A DNA stretch of 55,911 nt from Chloroflexota bacterium (GTDB lineage Bacteria > Chloroflexota > Ktedonobacteria > Ktedonobacterales > Ktedonobacteraceae): contig JBKPAZ010000029.1 in NCBI GenBank assembly GCA_046726655.1, positions 1 through 55,911 of the forward strand, read 5' to 3'. The first letter of the stretch is position 1; the number at the start of each line of letters is the position of its first letter. The notes under the pieces were generated by a model that saw only the letters and a program-made list of their open reading frames with translations, did no database searches and was not told where the DNA came from. The position numbers were made by a program, and so were the translations under genes. Positions 27,176-37,276 of this stretch are shown here, piece by piece.

Positions 27176-28906
27176 TTACACCAGTTGGCTATGGTGACCT
27201 GTATTGGTGGCACGCTTGTGTCGTAAGCTTCCTCGCCAGGGCATACCCGCTAATACACGCAGCAGAAGCAGAGCCGTAACCAGCATCCAGAAGCAGAACG
27301 ACAAGTCCTGAGCAAGAAAGGAGCTATCAACCTGCCCTTGGATCACAGCCGCAATCATTGCCGCTCCCACACCAGTAGTCATCCACCACAGAGAAGAATC
27401 GCGCTTAGTTCCTTTTTTATAGAGCATAATGAGGATACGCACAAAGAGCCAGAAGAAAAGCGCCAGCACAGCGATAAACGCCAATAAGCCAAAGAGGCCC
27501 GTACTTACCCATACATGCAGCAAGATGTTATGCGGATGGGAGAGTGTTGGCTCATCTTGCAGACCAGTCGAAGCACCGGTAAAAGGATTTTGCAAAATCC
27601 AGTAATGATGATTAACTAAAGCGGGATTAAAACATACTGAATTTTGGCTGTAGTAACACAACCAGTTCTCCATACCTACCCCAAACCATAGGTGATCGCG
27701 AATCATCTTGAGCGCACTTAGCCAGAGAAATAGGCGCTTTGTCAGAGTGCTGATGCCAATCGCATCTTGATGGCCTGCAACAAAGAAATTTAGGATAGGT
27801 TTATGGTAAATTAGTACAACAGCGCCTAGTACAACAATTCCGACCAGTCCGCCAATCAGTAATTCCTTACGGTTTCGGATTGAAAGCGCAAGTATAAAAA
27901 GTAAAGCAACGCCGATCGCCACCCAGGCTCCTCGCGATTGACTCAGGTAAAGTACCAGAAGCATAGGCAAACAGATCGCGATTGCACTTATACGTATCCA
28001 CCTCGATCCCCGTATACTAGATGCTGTCCATGCTCTGACGAGTATCAAAGCCAGCCCAATAGGCAAGACGTAATCAAAGAACAGCCCTATGCTGTTTGCG
28101 CTTCCATACATCGCATGTACACGCCGTATGCCATCCGGTTCCAGTACAAGCTGACTCTTGAATAAGAAATACTGTGCCATACCCAGTAAAGCCACTAGCA
28201 GTCCTGACGCCAGCAGAGCGAGCAGCAATCGAGCAACATCCTGGCGAGTGCGCAGACAAAACATCGCCAGTAGCACATAGAGAATCGGTTCGAACACCTC
28301 TTCACGAAATGCTCGTAGTGCCACCCGTTGTGCGTATGCAATGAAGACAGAGATGCCTGCGGCCAGTATGAAAACAATAATCGGTAGAGCAAATAGCCCA
28401 AGACGATCCCGCAGTTCACGCCATGACAGGCAATAACGCCAATTTCCTCGCAGCAGCAAAAATTGAACCAATGCCACCGCAACGCAAATCACCAGAGCAA
28501 CCTCAGCAATGCTGAAGGAGTAGTGGCCAAACACCGTTTGCCGTTGCAGGTAGTAAGGAAGCGCCAGGGGTAGCAGAGCAACGGCAAACGGCAAACGATA
28601 CCAGCATAACAGCGCAAAGATCAGTAGAAAAGGCAAGGAAATCAGAGGATTTAATTGAAATAGTCGTCCTGTACCAAGGTTTGCATTGCCAACTATATAA
28701 TACAGGGCCATCGACAAGATTAGCGCAGCCTCAATAATACGGTCATGCCAGAATGGTGTAAGACCCTTTACTAATTGAGAATTTGCTGTTGGCGGGCTGT
28801 CGGACGTATGTGAAACGCTCTCCTGGCTATCTTCAGTTTCCTCTGCTCTCTCTCCATTCTGCGTATGATCACCAGGTAATGGCTGCAGGAGATTCTGGCC
28901 GCTCAT
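27176..28906 (-). CDS. O-antigen ligase (Wzy_C) family polytopic membrane protein
   Basis: 576 aa with at least 10 predicted helices. YLSQSRGAWVAIG loop is typical of O-antigen ligase/polymerase-like proteins. Confidence 0.65.
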   Translation of the reverse strand: MSGQNLLQPLPGDHTQNGERAEETEDSQESVSHTSDSPPTANSQLVKGLTPFWHDRIIEAALILSMALYYIVGNANLGTGRLFQLNPLISLPFLLIFALLCWYRLPFAVALLPLALPYYLQRQTVFGHYSFSIAEVALVICVAVALVQFLLLRGNWRYCLSWRELRDRLGLFALPIIVFILAAGISVFIAYAQRVALRAFREEVFEPILYVLLAMFCLRTRQDVARLLLALLASGLLVALLGMAQYFLFKSQLVLEPDGIRRVHAMYGSANSIGLFFDYVLPIGLALILVRAWTASSIRGSRWIRISAIAICLPMLLVLYLSQSRGAWVAIGVALLFILALSIRNRKELLIGGLVGIVVLGAVVLIYHKPILNFFVAGHQDAIGISTLTKRLFLWLSALKMIRDHLWFGVGMENWLCYYSQNSVCFNPALVNHHYWILQNPFTGASTGLQDEPTLSHPHNILLHVWVSTGLFGLLAFIAVLALFFWLFVRILIMLYKKGTKRDSSLWWMTTGVGAAMIAAVIQGQVDSSFLAQDLSFCFWMLVTALLLLRVLAGMPWRGSLRHKRATNTGHHSQLV

Positions 28907-29073
28907 TTATTTTACTTCACTATTCTGCACACCAGTGCATGAAAAATATAGATGTAAATACGTAAAAACGTAAGTGAAAGTCACGGTGTGAGTATAGCAA
29001 AATGCGGCCAGTTCGTCTATAATATGCCGCCAGCTTGCCATCATTCGAGAAACAGCAAATTTCCAAGCTCGCC

Positions 29074-30447
29074 TTATCGAGTCAATTCAGTCACGAACTG
29101 GTGAAAGACATGCGTATGGTGATCAATATCTTCCTGTGTGTGCTGGATTGAGACTGTCCACTGATCATCAAAGCCCGGCGGGAAGAGGATTCCGCGATTT
29201 GCCAGGAAGAGCCAGTAGGCATACGAGACATCCATGTCAATTTCCCACCAGGCGCGATAATTACGCGCACGCTCAAAACGGAACATGGCACAACCCTTCG
29301 CACCAATCTGAGCAACATGCATCGGCAAATCAAATTCCTCGATAATACCTACATAGGATTCCCCAAGGTGTTTCGAGAGACCATTGGCATGTGCATGAGC
29401 TTCAGGCGTGAAGATCTGTGTAAGTGTCACCAGTCCTGCACGCATCGACATAGGATTACCATTAAAAGTGCCCAGGTGTAATACCTCTCTGTGGTTGATC
29501 CGGCGCATGATCTCCTCACGTCCACCGAACGCGCCAATTGGCATACCGCCACCAATAGACTTCGCCAAACAGATCAGGTCGGGTTCCACTGGATAGAGTT
29601 CCGTGATCCCACCTGGAGCTACAGTCACGCCTGTTTTGACTTCGTCGAAGATCAGCAATACCCCGTGTCGGCGGGTAATATCACGCACATTTTGGAGATA
29701 GCCTTCATTAGGCAGCATAATGCCAACATTCATCAAGACCGCCTCGGTGATTACAGCCGCCACCTCGCCTTCGTGCTTGCTCAAGATGCGATCCAAAACC
29801 TCGGGATCATTGTATGGGGCAATAATTGTGTTCTTCTTCACATCAGCAGGAATGCCTTTTGAAGCCGGAACAGTATGTGGTCGTTCCGCGGGACCTGCAG
29901 CATCAACCGAAGGCTTGGTACTCATGAGTACAGTATCGTGATGGCCATGATACGAACCCTCGATCTTCACAATTTTATCACGACCAACATGCGCACGAGC
30001 CAGGCGGAGCGCATCCATCGTTGCTTCGGTTCCAGAATTACAGAAACGTACCTGCTCAATTGGTGCAAATCGTCGAACCATCTCCTCTGCCAGATACACT
30101 GTATCAGGACAGGGCAACGCATAGAGACTGCCTTTGCCAAGTTGGTCCCGCAATGCCTCTACCAACACTGGGTGAGAGTGACCAACAAGCAGACTCCCAA
30201 AACCAAGATGAAAGTCTACATACTCATTACCATCGATATCCCAAATACGGCTACCCTCAGCGCGATCGACGAAAAGAGGATAAGGGGGAATAGCTTGAAA
30301 TGAACTGGAAACGCCCATTGGCAATGAGGCTTTCGCGCGTTGGTGGATTTTTTGCGAACCAGGAGTTCGCCTGCGAAATTCCGCTTCCTCTCGTGCTACG
30401 ATCTCTTCTACAAGTTTACGGTTAATCGTGATGGGTTCCCGAAGCAT
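29074..30447 (-). CDS. Class-III (aspartate aminotransferase fold) PLP-dependent aminotransferase, glutamate-1-semialdehyde aminomutase-like
   Basis: Start at the second ATG, preceded by AAAGGAG. NSGTEATM, LLIFDEVKTGV (PLP lysine), GTFNGNP. Confidence 0.8.
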   Translation of the reverse strand: MLREPITINRKLVEEIVAREEAEFRRRTPGSQKIHQRAKASLPMGVSSSFQAIPPYPLFVDRAEGSRIWDIDGNEYVDFHLGFGSLLVGHSHPVLVEALRDQLGKGSLYALPCPDTVYLAEEMVRRFAPIEQVRFCNSGTEATMDALRLARAHVGRDKIVKIEGSYHGHHDTVLMSTKPSVDAAGPAERPHTVPASKGIPADVKKNTIIAPYNDPEVLDRILSKHEGEVAAVITEAVLMNVGIMLPNEGYLQNVRDITRRHGVLLIFDEVKTGVTVAPGGITELYPVEPDLICLAKSIGGGMPIGAFGGREEIMRRINHREVLHLGTFNGNPMSMRAGLVTLTQIFTPEAHAHANGLSKHLGESYVGIIEEFDLPMHVAQIGAKGCAMFRFERARNYRAWWEIDMDVSYAYWLFLANRGILFPPGFDDQWTVSIQHTQEDIDHHTHVFHQFVTELTR

Positions 30448-30681
30448 AACAGCTCCTTTCATGGGATGGGAGGAACAGGTTCAACAAGTCTAACAAGTTT
30501 CTTTGTAAATAGGGTCGTTTCAGGCATACCGAGATGCATCGTTTAGCCTGCTATTTAAATTATAACCTGAAACCTGGGGGGTTAGCAATTATTCGTCGTA
30601 GAAATGGGAAATTTACACGAATTTTTCATAAAATGAAAGGTTCTCTAACGAAATTCGCAATTATTCTCGCGATACACGCCA

Positions 30682-31536
30682 TTAAATTCGCTTATTGGCT
30701 GTCGCTGTTGCTGTAGTGGTAGTAAGAGGTTTTCCGCTATCAGGTTTGCGCGTCATCCAGGCAAAAATGCCACCCGCGATAAGTAGGTATATTGTATAAA
30801 ACAGAAGTTGCAAGATGGTGGGTGCCTGGGCGTACCCTATGATTCCATGCAGCAGGTCACCAAGAACACTATCCTCACTGAGAATATGCGTGGTATTCCA
30901 GACGGGTATTGTACCAACGGTGAGCCAGCCTAACTGCTGTATATTTTGCACTGCATCTGAAAGCAAGCCTGCCGCAAAGAAGAGCAGGAGTATCCCCATG
31001 ACGCGGAAGAAGATACGGTAGTCGAGTCGATATCCTAACTTATAAATCAGTACACACAATCCCACAGCAGACAACATCCCCAGCAATGCACCAGTCAGCA
31101 ACAGAATAGCGTTGGTTTGGAACGCGAAAGCGAGTGTAAAAAAAGCGCTCTCTAGCCCCTCACGTCCAACTGTAGTGAAAGCGAGCAGACCAAGAGCAAA
31201 TCCAGAACCGGCAGCGCTCGCCCTGGCGGTTATTTCCCGTTTCATGGAACGGCTATGCTTTTGCATCCAGAAGGTCATAGTAGTGAGTAATACGACTGCC
31301 ACCAGGTATGTTATCGTCTCGAAGATAGTCTGGAAAGTTGTATCCGCATATTCATGCACGAACACATAAAGAGCTAATCCACCAAGGATCGAACCTAGAG
31401 CCGCGAGACCTACACCAGCCCAAACAGCGCGGGCTTTTCCCATCTGATCAAGTTGACGTAGTGCAGCAAAAAGAATACTGACAATCAGGCTTGCTTCCAG
31501 CCCCTCGCGGAGGAAAAGAACAAATGTTGCTATCAT
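30682..31536 (-). CDS. FTR1/EfeU family high-affinity iron permease
   Basis: Two REGLE motifs (LREGLEASL, GREGLESAF) in a 7-helix membrane protein. Start moved to MIATFV. Confidence 0.8.
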   Translation of the reverse strand: MIATFVLFLREGLEASLIVSILFAALRQLDQMGKARAVWAGVGLAALGSILGGLALYVFVHEYADTTFQTIFETITYLVAVVLLTTMTFWMQKHSRSMKREITARASAAGSGFALGLLAFTTVGREGLESAFFTLAFAFQTNAILLLTGALLGMLSAVGLCVLIYKLGYRLDYRIFFRVMGILLLFFAAGLLSDAVQNIQQLGWLTVGTIPVWNTTHILSEDSVLGDLLHGIIGYAQAPTILQLLFYTIYLLIAGGIFAWMTRKPDSGKPLTTTTATATANKRI

Positions 31537-31675
31537 GTACGACCTTCTCAAAATAAGATGTTGTGATGTTGTAGCCGCCAACCCCAATCCCTACTAAATC
31601 ACTCAGATATTAGCATGCCCTAATATGAAAAGTCAAGATCAAAAAAGGCCCAATATCACAAAAAGGTCACATACT

Positions 31676-32383
31676 TTAACATATCACCCATATTTTGGCC
31701 GCTACTGCTTTGCTGATGCAGACCTCATGTCCTTCAACGAGCAACTTGAAATTCTCCTCCTGCGGATCAGCAGATTCGCTTTCGTCTTTTTTAGCCAGAA
31801 CCGTTAATTGCGTTCCGGGTGTCAACCCTTTCTCATGCAGGTATAAAATTAACGCTTCCTCATCCTCAACTACCTCTGAGATAAGGAGAATTGTGGCCTT
31901 CTCACTATTTGCCAATGTAGAGAGACGAACAGCTCCTTGATCATTCAGATAAGTACGCGCATTCGCTACCGAGCCGGGGATCGGATTCCCATGAGGACAG
32001 GTTGTTGGATTATTCAAGCTGGTAATCACACGATCCTCTACCGCGCCGGAGATAAAATGTTCCAGGCGACAGGCCTCTTCATGCACCTGGTGCCATTGCA
32101 TGCCCAACATATCGACCAGGAAACGCTCTGTCAGGCGATGCCTACGTAATACCGCTTCAGCCGCCCGGTTTCCCGCCTCCGTGAGTGTCACCTGGCGCCT
32201 GCTATCCATCTCGACATATCCATCTCGCACGAGACGTTTGAGCATTTCGGTTACGGTTGGCGCAGAGACATGAAACTTTTCCGCCAGCCTGGCGCCGATC
32301 ACCACCTCGTCTTCCGCGCTCATGTTGTAGATCGTCTCCAGATATTCTTCAACAGTCGCGCTCAGCGACTCTTCAGTTTTCAT
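31676..32383 (-). CDS. DtxR/MntR family metal-dependent regulator with C-terminal FeoA-like domain
   Basis: VEEYLETIYNM....LAEKFHVSAPTVTEMLKRLVRDGYV, metal-site helix HRLTERFL..HEEACRLEH. The ATG is preceded by GAGGAG. Confidence 0.85.
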   Translation of the reverse strand: MKTEESLSATVEEYLETIYNMSAEDEVVIGARLAEKFHVSAPTVTEMLKRLVRDGYVEMDSRRQVTLTEAGNRAAEAVLRRHRLTERFLVDMLGMQWHQVHEEACRLEHFISGAVEDRVITSLNNPTTCPHGNPIPGSVANARTYLNDQGAVRLSTLANSEKATILLISEVVEDEEALILYLHEKGLTPGTQLTVLAKKDESESADPQEENFKLLVEGHEVCISKAVAAKIWVIC

Positions 32384-32632
32384 GACGCTTCTCCTCAATT
32401 GATGCTTATTCCGACTATTTTACTAGGATTTTAGCACCGAATAATTTCAACAGTCAAGAATATTAAAATCAAACATCTCCATCACTCGCGGAATACCCAC
32501 ATTTTCTCCTCCTATCCTAGCAAGAATGAAAGTAAAGGACCTTGGAAAAGCCTTCAAACATATAATTACCATTGATCTTATGAGATTATTACATTATAAT
32601 ATTATGTATATTAATCTGCAGGGGAGTTGCTC

Positions 32633-33478
32633 ATGAATACAAACCTAAATGCGGACGTGACAACCTCGCTCAATGATGCTGAACCTCAGAAAGAGATAAT
32701 GCCAATTAACCGGGACTCCCCCGTTCCTCTGCATCATCAAGTGCGGAACTATCTCCTTGGTTGTATTGAACGCGCGGAATTACTACCAGTCCAAAAACTC
32801 TTGCAGGAACGCGAGTATGCGGCCCGCTTCGGCATCAGTCTCGCACCCGTCCGGCAGGCTATCCTCGACCTCGTCAAAGAGGGCTATCTCTACCGTGTGC
32901 CTGGTCGCGGCACATTCGTACGCGAACAAAAGGTCGAAGAGAAGATCAGCATTCTTTCCAGCTTCACAGAGAGCATGCGCGCCAAGGGCCTCAGCGCAGT
33001 CCTGCGTGTAATCGAGCTGCGTGTAGGCAAGGCCCCTGCTGCTGTCAGGGCAATGCTTGGAGCAGATGACCAGCAGTTTGTCTTTCTCCAACGTGTCGCT
33101 TTGGTCGATGGGGAGGCCATAGCGCTGCTTTCTTCCTCTCTGCCAGCGCGGCTTGTACCTGGATTAGAGACGCTCGATCTCAATGGCCAATCACTCTACA
33201 AAACCTTGGAAGAGCGCTACGGCATTGTGCTGGCGCGAGCCGAAAGCACCATCGAAGTGGTACGCTGTCGTGGCACTCAGTCAACCGTACTTGGCATTCC
33301 CCAGGGAACGCCGATGCTGCAAGTGGAGGGTAAGACCTATGATGTAACAGACCAGTTCGTGGAATTTGCGCAGGTGCTCTATCGAGCCGACCGTTTTCGT
33401 TTCACTATTGAAAGCTTCCGGCGGGATGATCGCGTCTTGCACCTGATCGGAGCGTCGGACAGTGAGGAGGGCTTCTGA
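32633..33478 (+). CDS. GntR/HutC family transcriptional regulator (UTRA effector domain); FrlR-like by context
   Basis: HTH LLQEREYAARFGISLAPVRQAILDLVKEGYLYRVPGRGTFV, followed by a UTRA-like C-terminal half. Confidence 0.8.
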   Translation: MNTNLNADVTTSLNDAEPQKEIMPINRDSPVPLHHQVRNYLLGCIERAELLPVQKLLQEREYAARFGISLAPVRQAILDLVKEGYLYRVPGRGTFVREQKVEEKISILSSFTESMRAKGLSAVLRVIELRVGKAPAAVRAMLGADDQQFVFLQRVALVDGEAIALLSSSLPARLVPGLETLDLNGQSLYKTLEERYGIVLARAESTIEVVRCRGTQSTVLGIPQGTPMLQVEGKTYDVTDQFVEFAQVLYRADRFRFTIESFRRDDRVLHLIGASDSEEGF

Positions 33479-33480
33479 TC

Positions 33481-35139
33481 ATGGAAAAGGCTTCTTCAGC
33501 CATCGAAGGCAAAATGTTTCTGCGTAATGCGACCGGGCTACGGCGGGAAGTGTCACTGCTTGACGCTTTCATCATGAACACCTTCGGCATGAATATTGCC
33601 GTTGGGGCCGTCTTTCTATTCCTGCAGGCCCCCGCGTTTTTCCCCAATGGCAACATGCTGGTTGCAGTGATTATCGGCACCCTGCTGATGGCATTCACGC
33701 TCTTATGGGTGTACTCGACCTTTGCGGCTGCCATGCCACGTTCTGGCGGTGACTACGTGTACGTCAGCCGCGCATTACATCCCTTTCTCGGTTGGCTGTT
33801 GGGCTGGAGCCAGGGGATGTGGCTCATCTTCTTTTGGATTGGATTTAATGCCTGGTTTGCGCTCACCTTTGCAGTACCCATTGCGCTTACCACGATCGGG
33901 GCCGTGACCGGACAAAGCGGCTGGATCGATTTCAGCAACAATTTGTTGGCCTCGTTTTCCATTTTGGGTATCACCACCCAGTGGTGGGTCCTCATCATCG
34001 GTCTGCTGATCAATATCGGTTTCGCCGCGCTGCTGATCCTGGGCGGCCAGAGTTTCTGGCGCTGGCAAAAGGTGTTCTTTCTCTTCGCTGGTGGGAGTAT
34101 CCTCCTGGCGTTCCTACTCCTGCTGTTTGGTGGGGGTCAAATCCCAGGCGCCTGGGACAGCTTTGCTATTCATAACAAGGGGCTCTTATTCAATCAAGTG
34201 ATTCCGGCCGCAGTGAGGAACGGCTATACCTTGCCTGGTGGCTTTAGCCTGGCTGATACCTTGCTCATGCTGCCCTGGGTGTTTTTCGTGGTGGGTTATG
34301 CGCAGGGGTCAGCCCAGATCGGTGGCGAGGTCAAACATGCCGCGCGCTCGCAGTATCTTGCCATGGTCGGTGGGGTGCTGCTCAACGGAGCTATGCTGGC
34401 GCTGCTCGTGATTGCTTTCACGCAAGCCGTTGGCATAGACTGGATTGGGAGCGTTGGCTATCTCTCGATTAACAATCCTACGCTGCTCAACTTGCCAGGT
34501 ACACTCTCACCGAGCTACAACTTCATCGTGAGTTTGCTTACAGGCAACGTGCTAGTTCCGCTCATCATTGGGATCGGCTTTGTGTTCTGGGCGCTGTTGG
34601 GAACCCCCCTTTCCGAACTCCAGGCCACGCGCTACATGCTGGCCTGGGCAGTTGACCGCATGGTTCCAGCGCCGTTAGGTGATGTCAGCGAGCGTTTTCA
34701 CTCCCCGGTCAAAGCCATCATCTTCTGTACGGTGACCGGGACACTTGCGCTGATTGCCCTGGTAACAGTGCCAGTGGCAAGTCTGCTGGGCGCTTTGCTG
34801 GCGCAGATCGCTGCTTTTATTCTAGTTTCGATCGCCGGGATTGTTTTCCCCTTTAAACTGCGAAATGTATGGGAATCAGCAGGCGGGCACAGAATTTTTG
34901 GTATTCCCACTGTTACGCTGGCAGGAATAGGTGGGGTGATTGTTCTCGGTACTCTTATGTTGATGTTCATCTTCAATAGCACGATTAATTCGACGTTCGG
35001 AGTAACGGCACAGCGGTCTCTCGAGTTCATAATCGGTGTGATTGTGGTAGGGATTATCTGGTATGTTGCTGCTTACTTCTTGAATCGCAACCAGGGCGTT
35101 GATGTCAGCCTGGCCTACCGTGAGATTCCACCAGAATAG
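33481..35139 (+). CDS. APC superfamily amino acid/amine permease (FrlA-like by context)
   Basis: 552 aa with about 12-13 hydrophobic helices. AAAMPRSGGDYVYVSRAL motif. ATG lies 2 nt after the regulator stop. Confidence 0.8.
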   Translation: MEKASSAIEGKMFLRNATGLRREVSLLDAFIMNTFGMNIAVGAVFLFLQAPAFFPNGNMLVAVIIGTLLMAFTLLWVYSTFAAAMPRSGGDYVYVSRALHPFLGWLLGWSQGMWLIFFWIGFNAWFALTFAVPIALTTIGAVTGQSGWIDFSNNLLASFSILGITTQWWVLIIGLLINIGFAALLILGGQSFWRWQKVFFLFAGGSILLAFLLLLFGGGQIPGAWDSFAIHNKGLLFNQVIPAAVRNGYTLPGGFSLADTLLMLPWVFFVVGYAQGSAQIGGEVKHAARSQYLAMVGGVLLNGAMLALLVIAFTQAVGIDWIGSVGYLSINNPTLLNLPGTLSPSYNFIVSLLTGNVLVPLIIGIGFVFWALLGTPLSELQATRYMLAWAVDRMVPAPLGDVSERFHSPVKAIIFCTVTGTLALIALVTVPVASLLGALLAQIAAFILVSIAGIVFPFKLRNVWESAGGHRIFGIPTVTLAGIGGVIVLGTLMLMFIFNSTINSTFGVTAQRSLEFIIGVIVVGIIWYVAAYFLNRNQGVDVSLAYREIPPE

Positions 35140-35149
35140 GACGCGACGC

Positions 35150-37276
35150 ATGGAGATGGAAACGAAAGGGCGAGGCGAGACACACACGATACCTGCGACA
35201 CGCCCACGAGTGATCGTCGTGGGCAACCTGACCATCGACGACGTGGTACTGCCGGACGGTACGACTCACATGGGGAGCCTAGGAGGCAATAGCCTGTATA
35301 CTGCGCTTGGTGTGCGGCTCTGGCAGCCCAGTATCGGGTTGGTAACGCGCAAGGGCGAAGATTTTCCACACGACCTTACAGTTATGCTGAACTCCCTCGG
35401 TGTAGCGGCTGATGGGGTGGTCGATATTCCGGGGCCAACCGTCCGCAACTGGGTGGTGTATGAGACCAACGGTGAAAGGCACTGGATCTACCGCACGCCG
35501 AGGGAGCGGTCACGTGAGGTAGCTATACAGGCTAATGACCTTCCTGCTGAGTGGCTGGAGGTGGAACCACCACCGGTCGTACATATCACAGCCATGCCGT
35601 TGGACGCGGCAGAAGCTATCGTAGACAGGCTACGGAGCGTCTCCCCTCGCACCATCATCACGCTGGACACCCACGAGGATTACGTCGTTGACTACCGGCA
35701 GCGATTACGAGCGCTGGCAGGGAGAGTAGATGCTTTCCTGCCAAGCCGCTCGGAGCTAGCTGACTTGGTGGGATACGACGAACCGCTCCGCGCTCTTACA
35801 GACCTCTCGAACCTTCCTACGCCAGTCATCGTCATCAAGATGGGAGCAGAAGGTGTGTTAGTGTGGGACAAAGCCAAAGGGACCTTGCATGAGGTCGGTG
35901 TAGCCCCGGGATTTGTCGTGGATGTAACAGGTGCTGGCGATGCATTTTGCGGTGGATTTGCTGCCGGATTGTCCCTTGGATATAGCCCGGTAGATGCGGC
36001 TCATCGTGGCGCCATTTCTGCCTCCTACGCGGTAGCAGGCTTCAGCTCCATGCAACTGGCTCATATTGATCCCGCCGAAGCGCAGGCCCGCATCCTCACC
36101 AATCCTCCAGTCGTTCATCTCTTGCCTGAACCCACGCCGCTCTTGCAAATGGAGGTTCCAGGAGCGGATCGAGTAATCAGCAGCTCTGTGGATAGTATGC
36201 ACGAGGAGATTGCGATGATCCCGAAGCTCCTGGCAGAACAGCTTGAGATGCTAGCCGAGCCGCTACGTACGCTCGCTCAACGGCTGAATGCCAGAGGCAT
36301 CGAACACCTCTACTTTGTAGGGTGCGGAGATTCGGCCTTTGCGGGTGCGGCCACAGCTCTCGCCTTCCAGAAGCTTATTGGTATTCGCGCCGATGGTATA
36401 CATGCCCTTGAGCTGGCTCGTTACCGTGTGCGCTACCTACCCGAACACAGCGCAGTTGTGTGCATTTCCTTTTCCGGCAGGGTTGGCAGAACCATCGAGG
36501 CGGCTATGCAAGCAAGACGATTTGGACACCGGGTGCTTGTTCTCACAGGCAACCCTGACTCCCCCTTAGCGAAGGAGGCGACCGATGTCATTACGCTGTC
36601 CGTCCCAACGTTAGGCTACTCGCCGGGAACAAGCACGTATCTTGCCATACTGGCCGCACTGTTTGATCTCGCGGTTGCATGGGGCGAGGCTCGTGGAGCC
36701 GATATGGCCAGAGCACGGGCATTGCTGTGGGATGTACCTAACCTTACCCAGCATACGCTCGAAGTGGCGAGTGAGCCAGCACAAAGCGTAGCAGAGCAGA
36801 TCGCAAAGCACGATTGGGTGACCTTTCTCGGCGCCGGGCCTAACCTGGCAACAGCACACTTTGGGGCCGCCAAACTGTTCGAGGGGCCGCAGAAGCTGGG
36901 TGTGGCTACCAACATCGAGGAGTGGGCGCACGAGCAGTATTTCGTAAGCGGCGCAGGAACACCTGTCTTCCTCATTGCACCCTCCGGTGCCTCTTTCGAC
37001 CGCGCTGGCGAGATTCTTTCCGAACTGAACTTCATTGGGGCCGATCCAGTATTCATCAGTGACACGAGACCGCGTGTCCCGCCTGGGACGTTTATTCCTC
37101 TGGCTCCGGGTTTGCCAGAGATATTCTCACCGCTTCTGGCTGCGCTGCCGCTCAGCCTAGTTGCCTTCCACCTGACCCGCACAAGTGGCCAGGAGCGTTT
37201 TGAGTTTCCCAGCCCGGAAGCGGCACAGGAGCATTATGAGACAATCCACCGGGTCACAGAGGGAGAGCCGGCATGA
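35150..37276 (+). CDS. Fusion protein of a PfkB-family sugar/fructosamine kinase (N-terminal) and a double-SIS deglycase/isomerase (C-terminal)
   Basis: PfkB signature DVTGAGDAFCGGFAAGL. SIS motifs LYFVGCGDSAFAG, VVCISFSGRVGRT and VTFLGAGPN. One uninterrupted 708-codon frame. Confidence 0.8.
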   Translation: MEMETKGRGETHTIPATRPRVIVVGNLTIDDVVLPDGTTHMGSLGGNSLYTALGVRLWQPSIGLVTRKGEDFPHDLTVMLNSLGVAADGVVDIPGPTVRNWVVYETNGERHWIYRTPRERSREVAIQANDLPAEWLEVEPPPVVHITAMPLDAAEAIVDRLRSVSPRTIITLDTHEDYVVDYRQRLRALAGRVDAFLPSRSELADLVGYDEPLRALTDLSNLPTPVIVIKMGAEGVLVWDKAKGTLHEVGVAPGFVVDVTGAGDAFCGGFAAGLSLGYSPVDAAHRGAISASYAVAGFSSMQLAHIDPAEAQARILTNPPVVHLLPEPTPLLQMEVPGADRVISSSVDSMHEEIAMIPKLLAEQLEMLAEPLRTLAQRLNARGIEHLYFVGCGDSAFAGAATALAFQKLIGIRADGIHALELARYRVRYLPEHSAVVCISFSGRVGRTIEAAMQARRFGHRVLVLTGNPDSPLAKEATDVITLSVPTLGYSPGTSTYLAILAALFDLAVAWGEARGADMARARALLWDVPNLTQHTLEVASEPAQSVAEQIAKHDWVTFLGAGPNLATAHFGAAKLFEGPQKLGVATNIEEWAHEQYFVSGAGTPVFLIAPSGASFDRAGEILSELNFIGADPVFISDTRPRVPPGTFIPLAPGLPEIFSPLLAALPLSLVAFHLTRTSGQERFEFPSPEAAQEHYETIHRVTEGEPA

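Noticed and set aside
32590-32608. AT-rich partial palindrome TACATTATAATATTATGTA upstream of the GntR/HutC gene, considered as a candidate operator.
   Set aside because: Only the outer 5-bp arms are truly complementary, and the centre is generic AT-rich promoter DNA. It cannot be distinguished from a -10 region by eye.
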